From a virus: a stretch of 64,000 nucleotides of DNA. Below the pieces are notes generated by a model. It searched no databases. It worked only from the letters and a program-made list of their open reading frames with translations, and was not told where the DNA came from. The DNA lies in the IMG/VR virus record IMGVR_UViG_3300050016_000171, positions 38,830 through 102,829 of that record. The stretch is one strand, 5' to 3'. The translations under genes and the position numbers were made by a program. Numbering within the stretch: the first letter of the stretch is position 1; the number at the start of each line of letters is the position of its first letter. This document shows, in pieces, positions 41,499 through 50,461 of the stretch.

Positions 41499-41899
41499 CG
41501 ATTCACTCCTTCGAGGAAGAGTGGGAGATAGCCGAGAATATGATCGACCTTTGAGGGTTGGATCGGATGCGTCGCCACTGCGGTGAGGATGTGGCCCGTA
41601 CCCAATCCATAGGCCGGTTCGTTCTTGTCGTAGAAACGTTCATGTTGAATTCGTGCGCGCGTCAGAAGATCGATCACGTGCAGCAGTTCTCTGGTATCGC
41701 GACAAGAGAGAAGAATTGTCGTGATGGGTTCGTACCCAATGCTATCGACAGCTAAGCGCGCTTGCTGGAACCTCACTTTGCCAACAGCGTGCGCGAGTTG
41801 CGCAGCCTGTCGGCCTAGTGGCTGGACCGTTTTCGTAGGTCCGCTCACGCTCGGTACGATAACTGAGGGTGATACGCTGTAAATTCGCTTCTCTTCCAT
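41495..41899 (-). CDS. peptidyl-tRNA hydrolase 2 (Pth2)-like protein
   Basis: G.QAAQLAHA, D, LTAVA..P, L..LPL motifs typical of PTH2. Confidence 0.65.
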   Translation of the reverse strand: MEEKRIYSVSPSVIVPSVSGPTKTVQPLGRQAAQLAHAVGKVRFQQARLAVDSIGYEPITTILLSCRDTRELLHVIDLLTRARIQHERFYDKNEPAYGLGTGHILTAVATHPIQPSKVDHILGYLPLFLEGVNR

Positions 41900-41920
41900 T
41901 GGGTCTCCTTGACTGTGAGC

Positions 41921-41949
41921 AGTCTACTATACTTGGGCCCGAATGTCAA
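41921..41949 (-). promoter_or_regulatory. sigma70-type promoter (identical to 4513-4541)
   Basis: TTGACA-17 bp-TAGACT. Confidence 0.85.
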
Positions 41950-42379
41950 GCACTTTCTTTCGGGCGTTGCGCATGATCTCCCTTAACCGCTGGGTCGTAA
42001 TCTGGTATCTCGGGCTATTCTTGCCGCGAATCCTTTTGATCTCCGCATCGAAGTGGGCATCGATCATCAATCGTAGCGCGGTACGCAAGGGGTCTTTGAC
42101 GGGCGGCAGGGGCTCGCCCAATCGCCACTCGCTGTAGAAAACGTCACCCTGCGTCAGCCAGTCGCGAAACTCTTCGGGCATGAACCCGTTCTTCGCAAAG
42201 TTGCAGCCCCGGCACGCCTTCACCTCATTCAGTTCCAACTTCGGGAACCGATGCTTGGGGTACACGTGTTCGATGGACGTAGCCAGCAGCGTGTCCTTCG
42301 CGCCGAATCCCGTTCCACAATAAAAGCAACGGGACTCGTGAAGACGGAGCCATGTGCGAATGAATTCCTCCCTCGTCAC
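41927..42379 (-). CDS. HNH endonuclease
   Basis: RCFYCG, IEHVYP, N...AC..CN..K. Confidence 0.82.
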   Translation of the reverse strand: MTREEFIRTWLRLHESRCFYCGTGFGAKDTLLATSIEHVYPKHRFPKLELNEVKACRGCNFAKNGFMPEEFRDWLTQGDVFYSEWRLGEPLPPVKDPLRTALRLMIDAHFDAEIKRIRGKNSPRYQITTQRLREIMRNARKKVLDIRAQV

Positions 42380-42384
42380 TTGGA

Positions 42385-42620
42385 CTGCCCGATGAACTGC
42401 GCCGGGCGCTGAGAGATGCGCGGAAGAAGCGCGGCTGGAGCCAGAGGGAACTGGGACGCCATCTCGGGATCGCCCAGAGGCACGTCTCCGGCATCGAGTC
42501 GGGGAAGATCGTGCCCCGCTACGATACGCTTCTCGAACTGGTGCGCATCCTCGATTACGACCTCATCATGGTCCCCCGCGCCCTCGGGAAACGTCTCGAA
42601 GAATTCCTGCAAGATAGTCT
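42385..42620 (+). pseudogene. start-less XRE/HipB-like HTH antitoxin fragment lying antisense within a phage ORF
   Basis: Plus frame reads LPDELRRALRDARKKRGWSQRELGRHLGIAQRHVSGIESGKIVPRYDTLLELVRILDYDLIMVPR; in-frame TGA at 42361, with no ATG/GTG/TTG or RBS before the HTH. Confidence 0.75.
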
Positions 42621-44523
42621 CGTATCCGTCGTTGCAACGGCAAGCTTTTGCAACAGGACAACGTGGGGGCAAATCTACCCTAGTTTGACCACTTATTTTT
42701 GCCGCGACAATTGCAGATGATACGGTACTCCACCATCTCAAAGCCACCAAGCAGATCGCTATTTCGTCCTCTGTCAATTCGATTTTCATAGTCCCTCCCT
42801 TTGCTGAATTTTGAGGCTCTCCCGCGAAGTACGATTCTCCCGGATTGGAATTGTCCGGTTTACGGATTTGTTTTCATCGGGCCGACTGGAGTACTAAGGG
42901 TACTGGTACGAAAGTTCTTCGCCCGCATTTTCATGGCCGTTCCCTCCAGTCCTTTTCCTGTCCCAGTACCTTAGCCACAGTCGCGCGGGACATGCCGTCA
43001 TCCTCGAAGGAATCGCACACATGGCGCAGCGTGGCCCGCGCATAGGCCAATTGCTCGGCTGCTTTGTTAGCCCTGCGGATGGCTGCCCATGCGTGGACCC
43101 GGTTACTGTAGCCCGTACTGTGCACACGTCCACCCTCGAATATGTCGAAGCCTACTTCGCCGTGGCGGACCTCATAGGCCATAGCGCACCGCCGTGGGGT
43201 TGCTCACGCTCACGTAGCGTTTTGCCGCTTCATAGCTACTGAAAATGGCTAAGACTTTTTGCGTGCGGGGGTCCACGACACGAAACACAGATGTGACCTC
43301 ACCACTCCAGAGATTGATGTGGCCCTTCTCGATGATGGTCATTAGCGTGCCGCCTTTGCCAACGCTTCGCGTATAGTGTTGGCCCGCGAGACGCAGTTCT
43401 CGTCGTCATAATCCTCTAACGCGACTCCTAGCAGCCTGCGGAGCGTGGCGTTCTCTTCGCGCAGTTCGATGATTATGCGAGGATAGTTGAGGCGTCGCCG
43501 CACGTAGGATGTGCATTCATCCGGCGTAAGGAATTCGCTACCGCTAGGCGTGAGACCCATGAGACCCATGAGCGCCAAGGCCCATTCCTTCTGAGTAAAT
43601 TTCTCATATGCGTTCTGTTCTGCCATTGTTTCCTCCTTAGCAAATTTCGTCGAGAATGCTTTTGTCACTGATCGACCCCATATTATGGAACACGTTGCCC
43701 ATCTGGTCTACAGTTATCGGCTGTGAATTTTCGGCAGTGGGCACGGCCCATTGTGGGGGTGTCTGCGCCTTGATCTGCGCGGCGCCCGGAGTGTGCAGGC
43801 CAAACTCATCGCGCGAAATGCCACGCATGCGTCTACCGCACAGCATCGCTACCGTGAGCATCTGGCCGGTCGTGGTGCCGTAGAACTCCACGGCCTCGAC
43901 TGTACCGCATAGGCCGGTGGCTTTGTGGATAACAGGATCTCCGATTTTAAGTAGCAGTAAATTCATCTTTGAATCTTTCATGTTCCCTCCTGTCGAGCCA
44001 GTATTGTAGTACGATGTCGGCCATGGAGTACAATGGCACGAACATCAAAATTCCGATAACGACTAACGTGTGACCTCGGCCAGTTTCTCGCGAAGGATTG
44101 CCGCAGTTATCTTGAGACCAGCGGCCTCCAGCTTCTTGATTGCCTCCTCCAGCTTCTTGATTGCCTCCTCGACCTTAGCGCGAGCCATATTGATCTTCGC
44201 GTTCGCTCTTGGACTTAGCGTGGCCTTCGAACTGTATCGCGTTCTTGGCCTTGCGTGCTGCGCCGCGCTCTTTGTCGCGCATCTTGGCTTCCCATCTGTC
44301 GGTATACGCGAACCTCTCTTGCGGTTGATCCTTGAATTCGTGTCTCATGACGTGGCCTCGTACTTGACTAAAATCTTGTCAATTTCGATGTTATGTGCCA
44401 ACCAATCCGCGTAGCCGAGAACAGTGTCGCCGTTTGCAACGTCGTACTGCCAGTCACCTTTTGGGTATCTCTCTTCGTTTGTCACTGTGTTGCCTCCTAT
44501 GTTTGACTCGAATTTTGGTTCTG

Positions 44524-44913
44524 TTACCTAGTAGTGGTATGGGGTAGTACGAGTACCCTTACTGCTACGACTGCGATCCCGTCCCGATGGTAGCCTAGTG
44601 CTGTTGCCGCTGCCTCGCTTAGATCCAGAAGCCGCCCTAGTCGTTTTGCTGGCCCTCGGTCTGTAACCATAACTGCTACCCGTTGACCGTTGGCTTGATT
44701 GGTGACTTCCAGAACTGTGCCAAGCGGATAATCGTAACTCGCCGCCGTCCATGCGCGGGGATTGAAACGCTGTCCGTTCGCCATTGTGCCGCGTTTTCCC
44801 GTTGTCCATTCGTATCCATACCAACTGGCCTTGCCTAATCTTATAGGTTGGTCTGGGGGCGCTGCTAATGTTGTGCTCGCGAGAATAAGAATCAGAACTG
44901 TTAAGCGTCTCAT
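44524..44913 (-). CDS. RlpA-like double-psi beta-barrel protein (lytic transglycosylase-like) with a signal peptide
   Basis: GKASWYG, MANG..F, TAA, PLGT.L.V.N..NG, V.DRGP, LDLS.AAA..LG. Confidence 0.88.
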   Translation of the reverse strand: MRRLTVLILILASTTLAAPPDQPIRLGKASWYGYEWTTGKRGTMANGQRFNPRAWTAASYDYPLGTVLEVTNQANGQRVAVMVTDRGPAKRLGRLLDLSEAAATALGYHRDGIAVVAVRVLVLPHTTTR

Positions 44914-45276
44914 GGAGCCTCCTGTCTGCGGAAACCAAACCGCATGTGATCCGTTGCTGTGTGGCCCATTGAATGCAAACCGTCTGCTCGTCCTTGAATC
45001 CCGTGTTATAGCCGGAGATAAATGCGACGAATGATAGTGCGAGTCCTAATGTGGCCTCGACTGCAATTATGATGATCCATTTACGCATGGTGTCTCTCGA
45101 TTCCGAGACGGCGCACATCGTAAGCCACCATCGTGACGCCGCACTCTGTGACTGGCGTCGAAAAAGGATCGTGTGGTGTTGGCTTCGGCTCCTCGAATTC
45201 GAGCACAACCTTCGGTAGTGTTACCGGAAACAACTGCGAAAGAATCCAACCCATGATACCTCCTTTATACCTATTC

Positions 45277-45305
45277 AGGATAACTCACTCGTGCCTGTTT
45301 GTCAA
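45277..45305 (-). promoter_or_regulatory. sigma70-type promoter containing AAACAGGCACG
   Basis: TTGACA-17 bp-TATCCT. Confidence 0.75.
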
Positions 45306-45842
45306 GCCCAAAGATTTCACGCAACAACTCGCTTTCCAATTCATGATCTTGTTCTTGCTCGAATGTCTGACCCTCCTGATTACGTGGGATGGGCAGATTA
45401 GGTACCCCTTTTCCGTTTTTCACTGGCTCCCCCTCCTTTCAATTCTGGATTCCAAATTCTTGGACCCTCCTCGCCTCAATATGGGAGGGGTATTGCGAAG
45501 TACGTTTCTCCCGGACTCAAAATTCCTAACTGAGAAACGATTTTCAAAATGCTATAAAGATTTTGGGGGCTAGTACCAGCGGCCTTGCTTGTGTTAATGG
45601 CGCAATCAAAATCGTGGTAGCGGTCAATCGAAAACTCCGAGCTTGCGCGGTCGCTGTATTCGCCAAGCCATGATGTATCCGGCGAATCATCCATCATTCG
45701 CCTGATCGTAATTTTCAAAATTCGATTCTTTGCTGGATTGCGTTTTGCCTTGGGCATCGTCTTATCCGTCCTTTCCGCGTTCGCGGCCTATCTAGTCTAT
45801 ACTTCGCCGCACGCCCCTCAAAGGCGCGCGACGCTGGACAGT

Positions 45843-46406
45843 CTAGGCGATTTCTTGCAATGCTTCTAATTCTGCGTCCGTAAAGAATTTGCGTATCTTC
45901 TGGTACTCTTTGCAGACTGCAATATAGGTTTGCTCTGCTCGTTTTGAGTCTGTGTCATACCCAAAATCGCCGCAGAAATCAGCAAGCGTGCCAACATCAT
46001 GCTTCTGGACACAGGCGAGTAAATCATACGGAGTTGGAATCCGCGCGGGTTGTTTTAATCGCGGGAGAATGCCTAACGCACCGTCGCTGTAGCCTTTCTT
46101 GCCTAGCACACGGTCAAGAGTTTGATAGGAACAAACGCCCGGATTCTTGCGAACATGATTAAATTTTTCGTCTGAATAACTGTTCCAGAAATCAAACGAA
46201 AGGTGTCCGCGATCCTTGCCGGAGATTGTGCAACGGTAGTGCTTCCCGTGGATATGAGTTTTGCGTGGGAATACGTTGATTTTGTCCATGTCGCGTTCTG
46301 CTAGCGCATCTTCGCAGAACGTAGGGCAATCGTCGCCGATAAGAACCGCGCGAAATTCTAATCCACTAGCCGCTAGAAAATCTGTTGCTTGTTTCTGATA
46401 GTCCAT
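45843..46406 (-). CDS. hypothetical early protein
   Basis: MDYQKQA start after a GGAGG RBS; PT.YD.L.C...D...F.DFC..FGYD.DS is a common phage early-gene pattern. Confidence 0.65.
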   Translation of the reverse strand: MDYQKQATDFLAASGLEFRAVLIGDDCPTFCEDALAERDMDKINVFPRKTHIHGKHYRCTISGKDRGHLSFDFWNSYSDEKFNHVRKNPGVCSYQTLDRVLGKKGYSDGALGILPRLKQPARIPTPYDLLACVQKHDVGTLADFCGDFGYDTDSKRAEQTYIAVCKEYQKIRKFFTDAELEALQEIA

Positions 46407-46617
46407 TGTATTTCCTCCGTGTTTAACGTCCTGCCCGGACGGATTCAAAAACACTTTCCTTGTGTGCTCCGTCTGTCAGTCCGCCAGAACTGACAGGCAT
46501 TGCCCGCTAGGATTGACGAATCGTTTTCGTGCCTTGCACGATGATTGCGAGTTTACCGTCCGTTTTGCGGACTGTGTTAACCCTCAGTTTCGAATTGTGT
46601 TTGGCTACCATGAGACG

Positions 46618-46645
46618 ATTCTAGCATATCCCGTTTTGGAGTCAA
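46618..46645 (-). promoter_or_regulatory. probable sigma70-type promoter
   Basis: TTGACT-16 bp-TAGAAT with TG just upstream of the -10 box. Confidence 0.6.
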
Positions 46646-46872
46646 TGGTACTTTCGGCCTAGTACTACAGGCACATCCACAAAACGAGAATCACAATGCT
46701 TAGGACAGCCCAAAAATGCCAGCTACCCCATGCGCTAGGCGTGGAATACGTGCGACGGCGGGGTAGAAATTCGTTTCCGCATCGTGTAAAATTGGCGTCA
46801 ATCCACGCCCGCTGTTCGCTTGTCAAGTCTTCCCATTTGTTTTCCATTATCGTCTCCATTGATGCTGATAGA

Positions 46873-46901
46873 ATGCTAACAAACAGGCACGTGTTTGTCA
46901 A
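46873..46901 (-). promoter_or_regulatory. sigma70-type promoter with a palindromic spacer
   Basis: TTGACA-17 bp-TAGCAT; the ACAAACA-ggcacg-TGTTTGT palindrome overlaps it. Confidence 0.7.
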
Positions 46902-47520
46902 GAGAATTCGTAAGCTATTTTGAGGCGTAACTTGTTTGTTTTGAGAGGGAAAAATAGGCTCGCCAGTCTTGACGTTGATTAGCGTCCGGTAAGCGTAGGG
47001 TCCTGCCGTTGTGGACAAGATGCGCCTACCGTACCCAACGTTGTTCTGTCGGCGCGCCCTCGATCATTAGACCAGTTCACGCGCGCGAGCAAACCCGTTA
47101 AGAGTGCATCCAAAAGAACTTTACAAGGGCAACCACGCCCCACAGAATGAATGCGCAAACCCCAATTTGGATAGCCCAACCCACAATGAAGGCCGCTACG
47201 GGGTTGGTGGGGTTTTCGATGCTTTTGGCGTGCGCCGTGTGCTCTTGGAACGTCATGGCGTGTTACCTCAAGAGGAAGCATACACGCCTCAAACGTGGAT
47301 TGCAAGCTAATTCGGGAGCGTGTGCGGCTCGCCGGGCAGCGGGCATTGATTCCCATATTTTATGCAGTTTCACTGTAATATGTGCCAAAAAGACGTATAA
47401 TTATGCAATGCGCCTGTTTTTGCTCCCGATACACGCCAAATGGCGCGTGCGGGGTGCCGATTGACGTGTTTTGACGAGTTTTGACGAGTTAAGCATTGAT
47501 TATGTGACCCGACAAGGGGT

Positions 47521-47979
47521 TGGTGACAGCATTGGTGACAGCATTGGTGACAGCATTGGTGACAGCATTTTTAGGGGTTATCTATATGGGCTTATTGGAG
47601 TTAGCAAAATGCTGTCACCAAAATAGGGCCTTCCCCGGTAAAACACGCAATTCCTTATTTTAGATGGGCCTGAACGCATTATAACTCTTTTATATACATA
47701 TACTTGTAAGACGATACGTTACGAGAGAAGAGATAACAAGGCGAAACATAATTAACGCTTAACTTCCATAATTAATGCTTAACTTTTGGCTTTCCGCCCC
47801 AATGGTGACAGCATTTTCATCGAAAACACACTTAAATCGTGTGCTATCAATAGTTTATGCTGTCACCAGATTACAGAATGCTGTCACCAAACTTTTGGAG
47901 AATGCTGTCACCAAATTTTGAGAATGCTGTCACCAAATTTTGAGAATGCTGTCACCAAATTTTGAGAATGCTGTCACCA
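47521..47979. repeat. iteron-like array: 12 copies of ATGCTGTCACCA/TGGTGACAGCAT, probable origin of replication
   Basis: Four tandem 12-bp copies (47521-47568), singles at 47609 and 47803, six opposite-orientation copies at 21-24 bp spacing (47857-47979); AT-rich core; located at the strand switch. Confidence 0.85.
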
Positions 47980-48606
47980 AACTCTACAAGATGGCTCGGC
48001 AGACCACAGAAATTGCCCGTGGAATCGCCGGAGCGCGCGCTCGGTTGTATGATGATGCAAGCAATAGAGTTATAGATTGCGTGTTAGGCCGCTCGATTCA
48101 TTGATTCACCGTGATTCGCACAATTTTCAAAACTTGCCCGAAAATCACGAAAAAATCGTGTAAAATGTACACGAAAATACTCGCGCCTTGATTCTAAAGG
48201 GTTTACGCAACGAATCAGGCCAAATCGGGCAACATAATCAATAGAGCATTGATTGTATCGCGTTGATTCGCAACGGGTTGCAAGCAACGTGCAACGGTTT
48301 GCAATAGGTAGTACTGGTACGCTCGCGCCGATGTCGCGCTGCTAAATGGTTTGTCCTCATATACTTAGGAGGCTGCTCTGTATGTTGTTGAGTCGTCGAG
48401 GCTTGCGTGGTTTCCTCGTAAGGCTCTCATTCTAAAGGGCTTGGCCGTGGGTAGGGTCGCCCCCACCCACCCCACCCCGCCGCCGCGGCGCCGGAGGCGC
48501 ACACACAATCACGTACCCGCGCACAAGACCGTCCAACATATACCACACAATTGAGCGTCCGGCGCGGCCCCTCCCCGGGATACAAGACAAAGGACTTAGC
48601 ATAATA

Positions 48607-48633
48607 CATGCCTGCATACAAACAGGTTTTGAG
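48607..48633 (+). promoter_or_regulatory. 27-bp phage motif, variant copy 4, heading the plus-strand arm
   Basis: CATGCCTG-CATACA-AACAGGTTTTGAG, preceded by CATAAT. Confidence 0.75.
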
Positions 48634-48828
48634 AGGGAGTGAACTTCTCCCGCCCTGTAAGCGTACGACGACATTCCGAAATGTAAGCGAGCGACGACAT
48701 GAGCCAGAGACGACAGGTGGCAACAGCCTTTGAACGCCCGGGTGCTCAAATCGCGAAGCCGATAGATTCCCTTTACGGTCGAGAGATCCCAGAGCGCGCG
48801 GATGGCCCTTGGGATGGAGACATCGACG

Positions 48829-49095
48829 ATGAGTAGCCAGATTACGGTCACGAAATGGATTTGGGATTTCACAGCCCAGTCCGGCCACGCCATGGCGGGA
48901 TACATCGTGGTCACGAAGGTCAAGCAGCATCACGGTATGCACGCGGCCCTAATCGCGGCAGCCGTCGGCACTGTCGCCGCGGCCTTGAAAGAGTTTTGGT
49001 ACGACCAGAATTACGAGACTGTCGATACGAGGGGTAGCAACCTCTTGGACTTCTCGATGTACGAGATCGGCATAATCGCCGGTCTGTTGTTCTAA
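48829..49095 (+). CDS. small membrane protein (YfiM/DUF2279-like)
   Basis: H..AG, TM helix, KE.WYD, S.LDF, G...G; GGAGA RBS. Confidence 0.55.
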   Translation: MSSQITVTKWIWDFTAQSGHAMAGYIVVTKVKQHHGMHAALIAAAVGTVAAALKEFWYDQNYETVDTRGSNLLDFSMYEIGIIAGLLF

Positions 49096-49099
49096 GAGA

Positions 49100-49295
49100 G
49101 CCGGGCTCGAATAACAACCGGATACAAGGCGACAGAATTCACATCGCCCCAAGTACTTCGGACCCGAAGTAAAGGGCAAATTTTCGCAGTCAGCGAAGTA
49201 TTACCGCTCGCCTCAGGCGACGGACTCGGCGGCAAACACGTAGCTTCAGGCCGCATGACTATTTCGGTGAGCAATTCCGAACGCCGCGACCCGGC
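49100..49295 (+). ncRNA. candidate structured ncRNA with a pseudoknot
   Basis: Intergenic; several hairpins; loop AGTCA (49188-49192) is complementary to TGACT (49256-49260). Confidence 0.4.
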
Positions 49296-49611
49296 GAGAC
49301 GTCTGGAAAACGAGGCCAACTTTACATAGGAGGTGAACCGATGACCCTAGCACTTTAGGAGGTGTCATGTGGTATCACCCGTAATAGTTTCGAAGCGTCC
49401 CAAAAATGCCGAACCCAAAAAGGGCCGGAAGGGACGTAAGATCGGGAAAGGTGTCAGGAAGGTCGCGCACTCGCGCTGGTCTACCTACGCCAACCTGATC
49501 GCGCATTGCAAACAACGCCGGGAGCAGTCAATCAAAACCCGCACGTGTTTGGCTTGCGACAAAGTTTTCCACAGTCATAATGCCGCAAAACGACATATAT
49601 GTCTGTAGAAG

Positions 49612-49770
49612 GAATCGTGAGGAGTGGTTAGGCTAATCTCACATGGGATTCCCTGCGAAGTTCAAAGCGAACATCCCCGTCAAGGGGCAGGTTCGGAAGT
49701 CGCGTTCCGACGCGGGGATTGCTAATCAACTCGAACGAGGCGCCATCGCGCGCCTACCTCACAGCGATTC
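49612..49770 (+). ncRNA. candidate multibranched structured ncRNA
   Basis: Nested closing helices GAATCG/CGATTC, GTGAGG/CCTCAC, GAGTGGTTAG/CTAATCAACTC plus at least four inner hairpins. Confidence 0.55.
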
Positions 49771-49772
49771 GT

Positions 49773-49835
49773 GGAACGTTACTCAGCATGAGTAGTCCGA
49801 AAGGACAGATGGCCGTGCGAGTCGGCTGCGGTCCA
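49773..49835 (+). ncRNA. anticodon-less tRNA-like element
   Basis: Acceptor-like GGAACGT/GCGGTCC, UA, short D hairpin, GTCC-GAAA-GGAC in place of the anticodon arm, T arm GGCCG-TGCGAGT-CGGCT. Confidence 0.55.
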
Positions 49836-49841
49836 CAGGAT

Positions 49842-49918
49842 GGGCTCGTAGTTCAGCCCGGGAGAACGCCTGCTTTGCAAGCAGGATGTCGGGGGTTCGA
49901 ATCCCTCCGGGTCCACCA
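49842..49918 (+). tRNA. tRNA-Ala(TGC)
   Basis: Cloverleaf, G3:U70 pair, TTCGAAT T-loop, encoded CCA. Confidence 0.95.
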
Positions 49919-49936
49919 ATTTTGAAATAGTTCAAG

Positions 49937-50012
49937 TGGGGTGTAGCGCAATCGGTAGAGCATTCGGCTGTTACCCGAAAGGTTGTTGGTTCGAGTCCAA
50001 CCGCCCCAGCCA
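49937..50012 (+). tRNA. tRNA-Asn(GTT)
   Basis: Cloverleaf, anticodon arm TTCGG-CTGTTAC-CCGAA, G73 and CCA. Confidence 0.95.
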
Positions 50013-50083
50013 GTCGATTATATCGTAGTACCGATTGGGGGTGCCTCTAACACCCCCGATCAAACCCTTTAGAGGAGGGCCAG

Positions 50084-50452
50084 ATGGAAGTTTTCAAGTG
50101 TTTGTATTGTGATTCGGACGTGAACCCGGAAACGGGATTGCCTAAGCGCGGTCCTAAGAAATCGAAGTTCTGCTCTAAAACTTGTAATAGCAATCTCAGA
50201 GTTGACAAGTGGAGAGAGCGAACTAAGATACGCGCAGTTGAATACCTCGGCGGCAAATGCGCCCGATGCGGTTATAGCAAGTGCATGTGGGCCTTGCAGT
50301 TTCATCACCGAGACCCAGAGATGAAGAAGTTCACTATCTCAAGTTGTTGGCGTCACGTTCGTTCTTGGGACGTCATACAGCAAGAATTAGACAAGTGTAC
50401 TCTTCTTTGCGCAAACTGCCACGCCGAAGAGGAAGACAGATTAAGAAATTGA
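50084..50452 (+). CDS. HNH endonuclease in the tRNA array
   Basis: KFCS..C; GGKC..CGY.KC..AL.FHH.DP; ELDKC.LLCANCH. Confidence 0.88.
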   Translation: MEVFKCLYCDSDVNPETGLPKRGPKKSKFCSKTCNSNLRVDKWRERTKIRAVEYLGGKCARCGYSKCMWALQFHHRDPEMKKFTISSCWRHVRSWDVIQQELDKCTLLCANCHAEEEDRLRN

Positions 50453-50461
50453 GTTTCACTG

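Noticed and set aside
44128-44170. 21-bp tandem duplication in a tiny minus-strand ORF (EEAIKKL twice)
   Set aside because: A simple in-frame heptad duplication with no wider array.
1-47400. Many long plus-strand ORFs in the track (e.g. 7288-8034, 8884-9732, 22858-23718)
   Set aside because: Antisense shadows of GC-rich minus-strand genes with no RBS or motifs; the only exception is the HTH fragment at 42385.
47521-47979. Possible CRISPR or mini-array
   Set aside because: Repeats are 12 bp with no or near-identical 9-12 bp linkers and occur in both orientations; there are no unique spacers and no cas operon.
49785-49810. Hammerhead ribozyme (ATGAG..GTCCGAAAGGAC)
   Set aside because: Lacks CUGA and the GAAA after stem II; the sequence fits a tRNA-like fold better.
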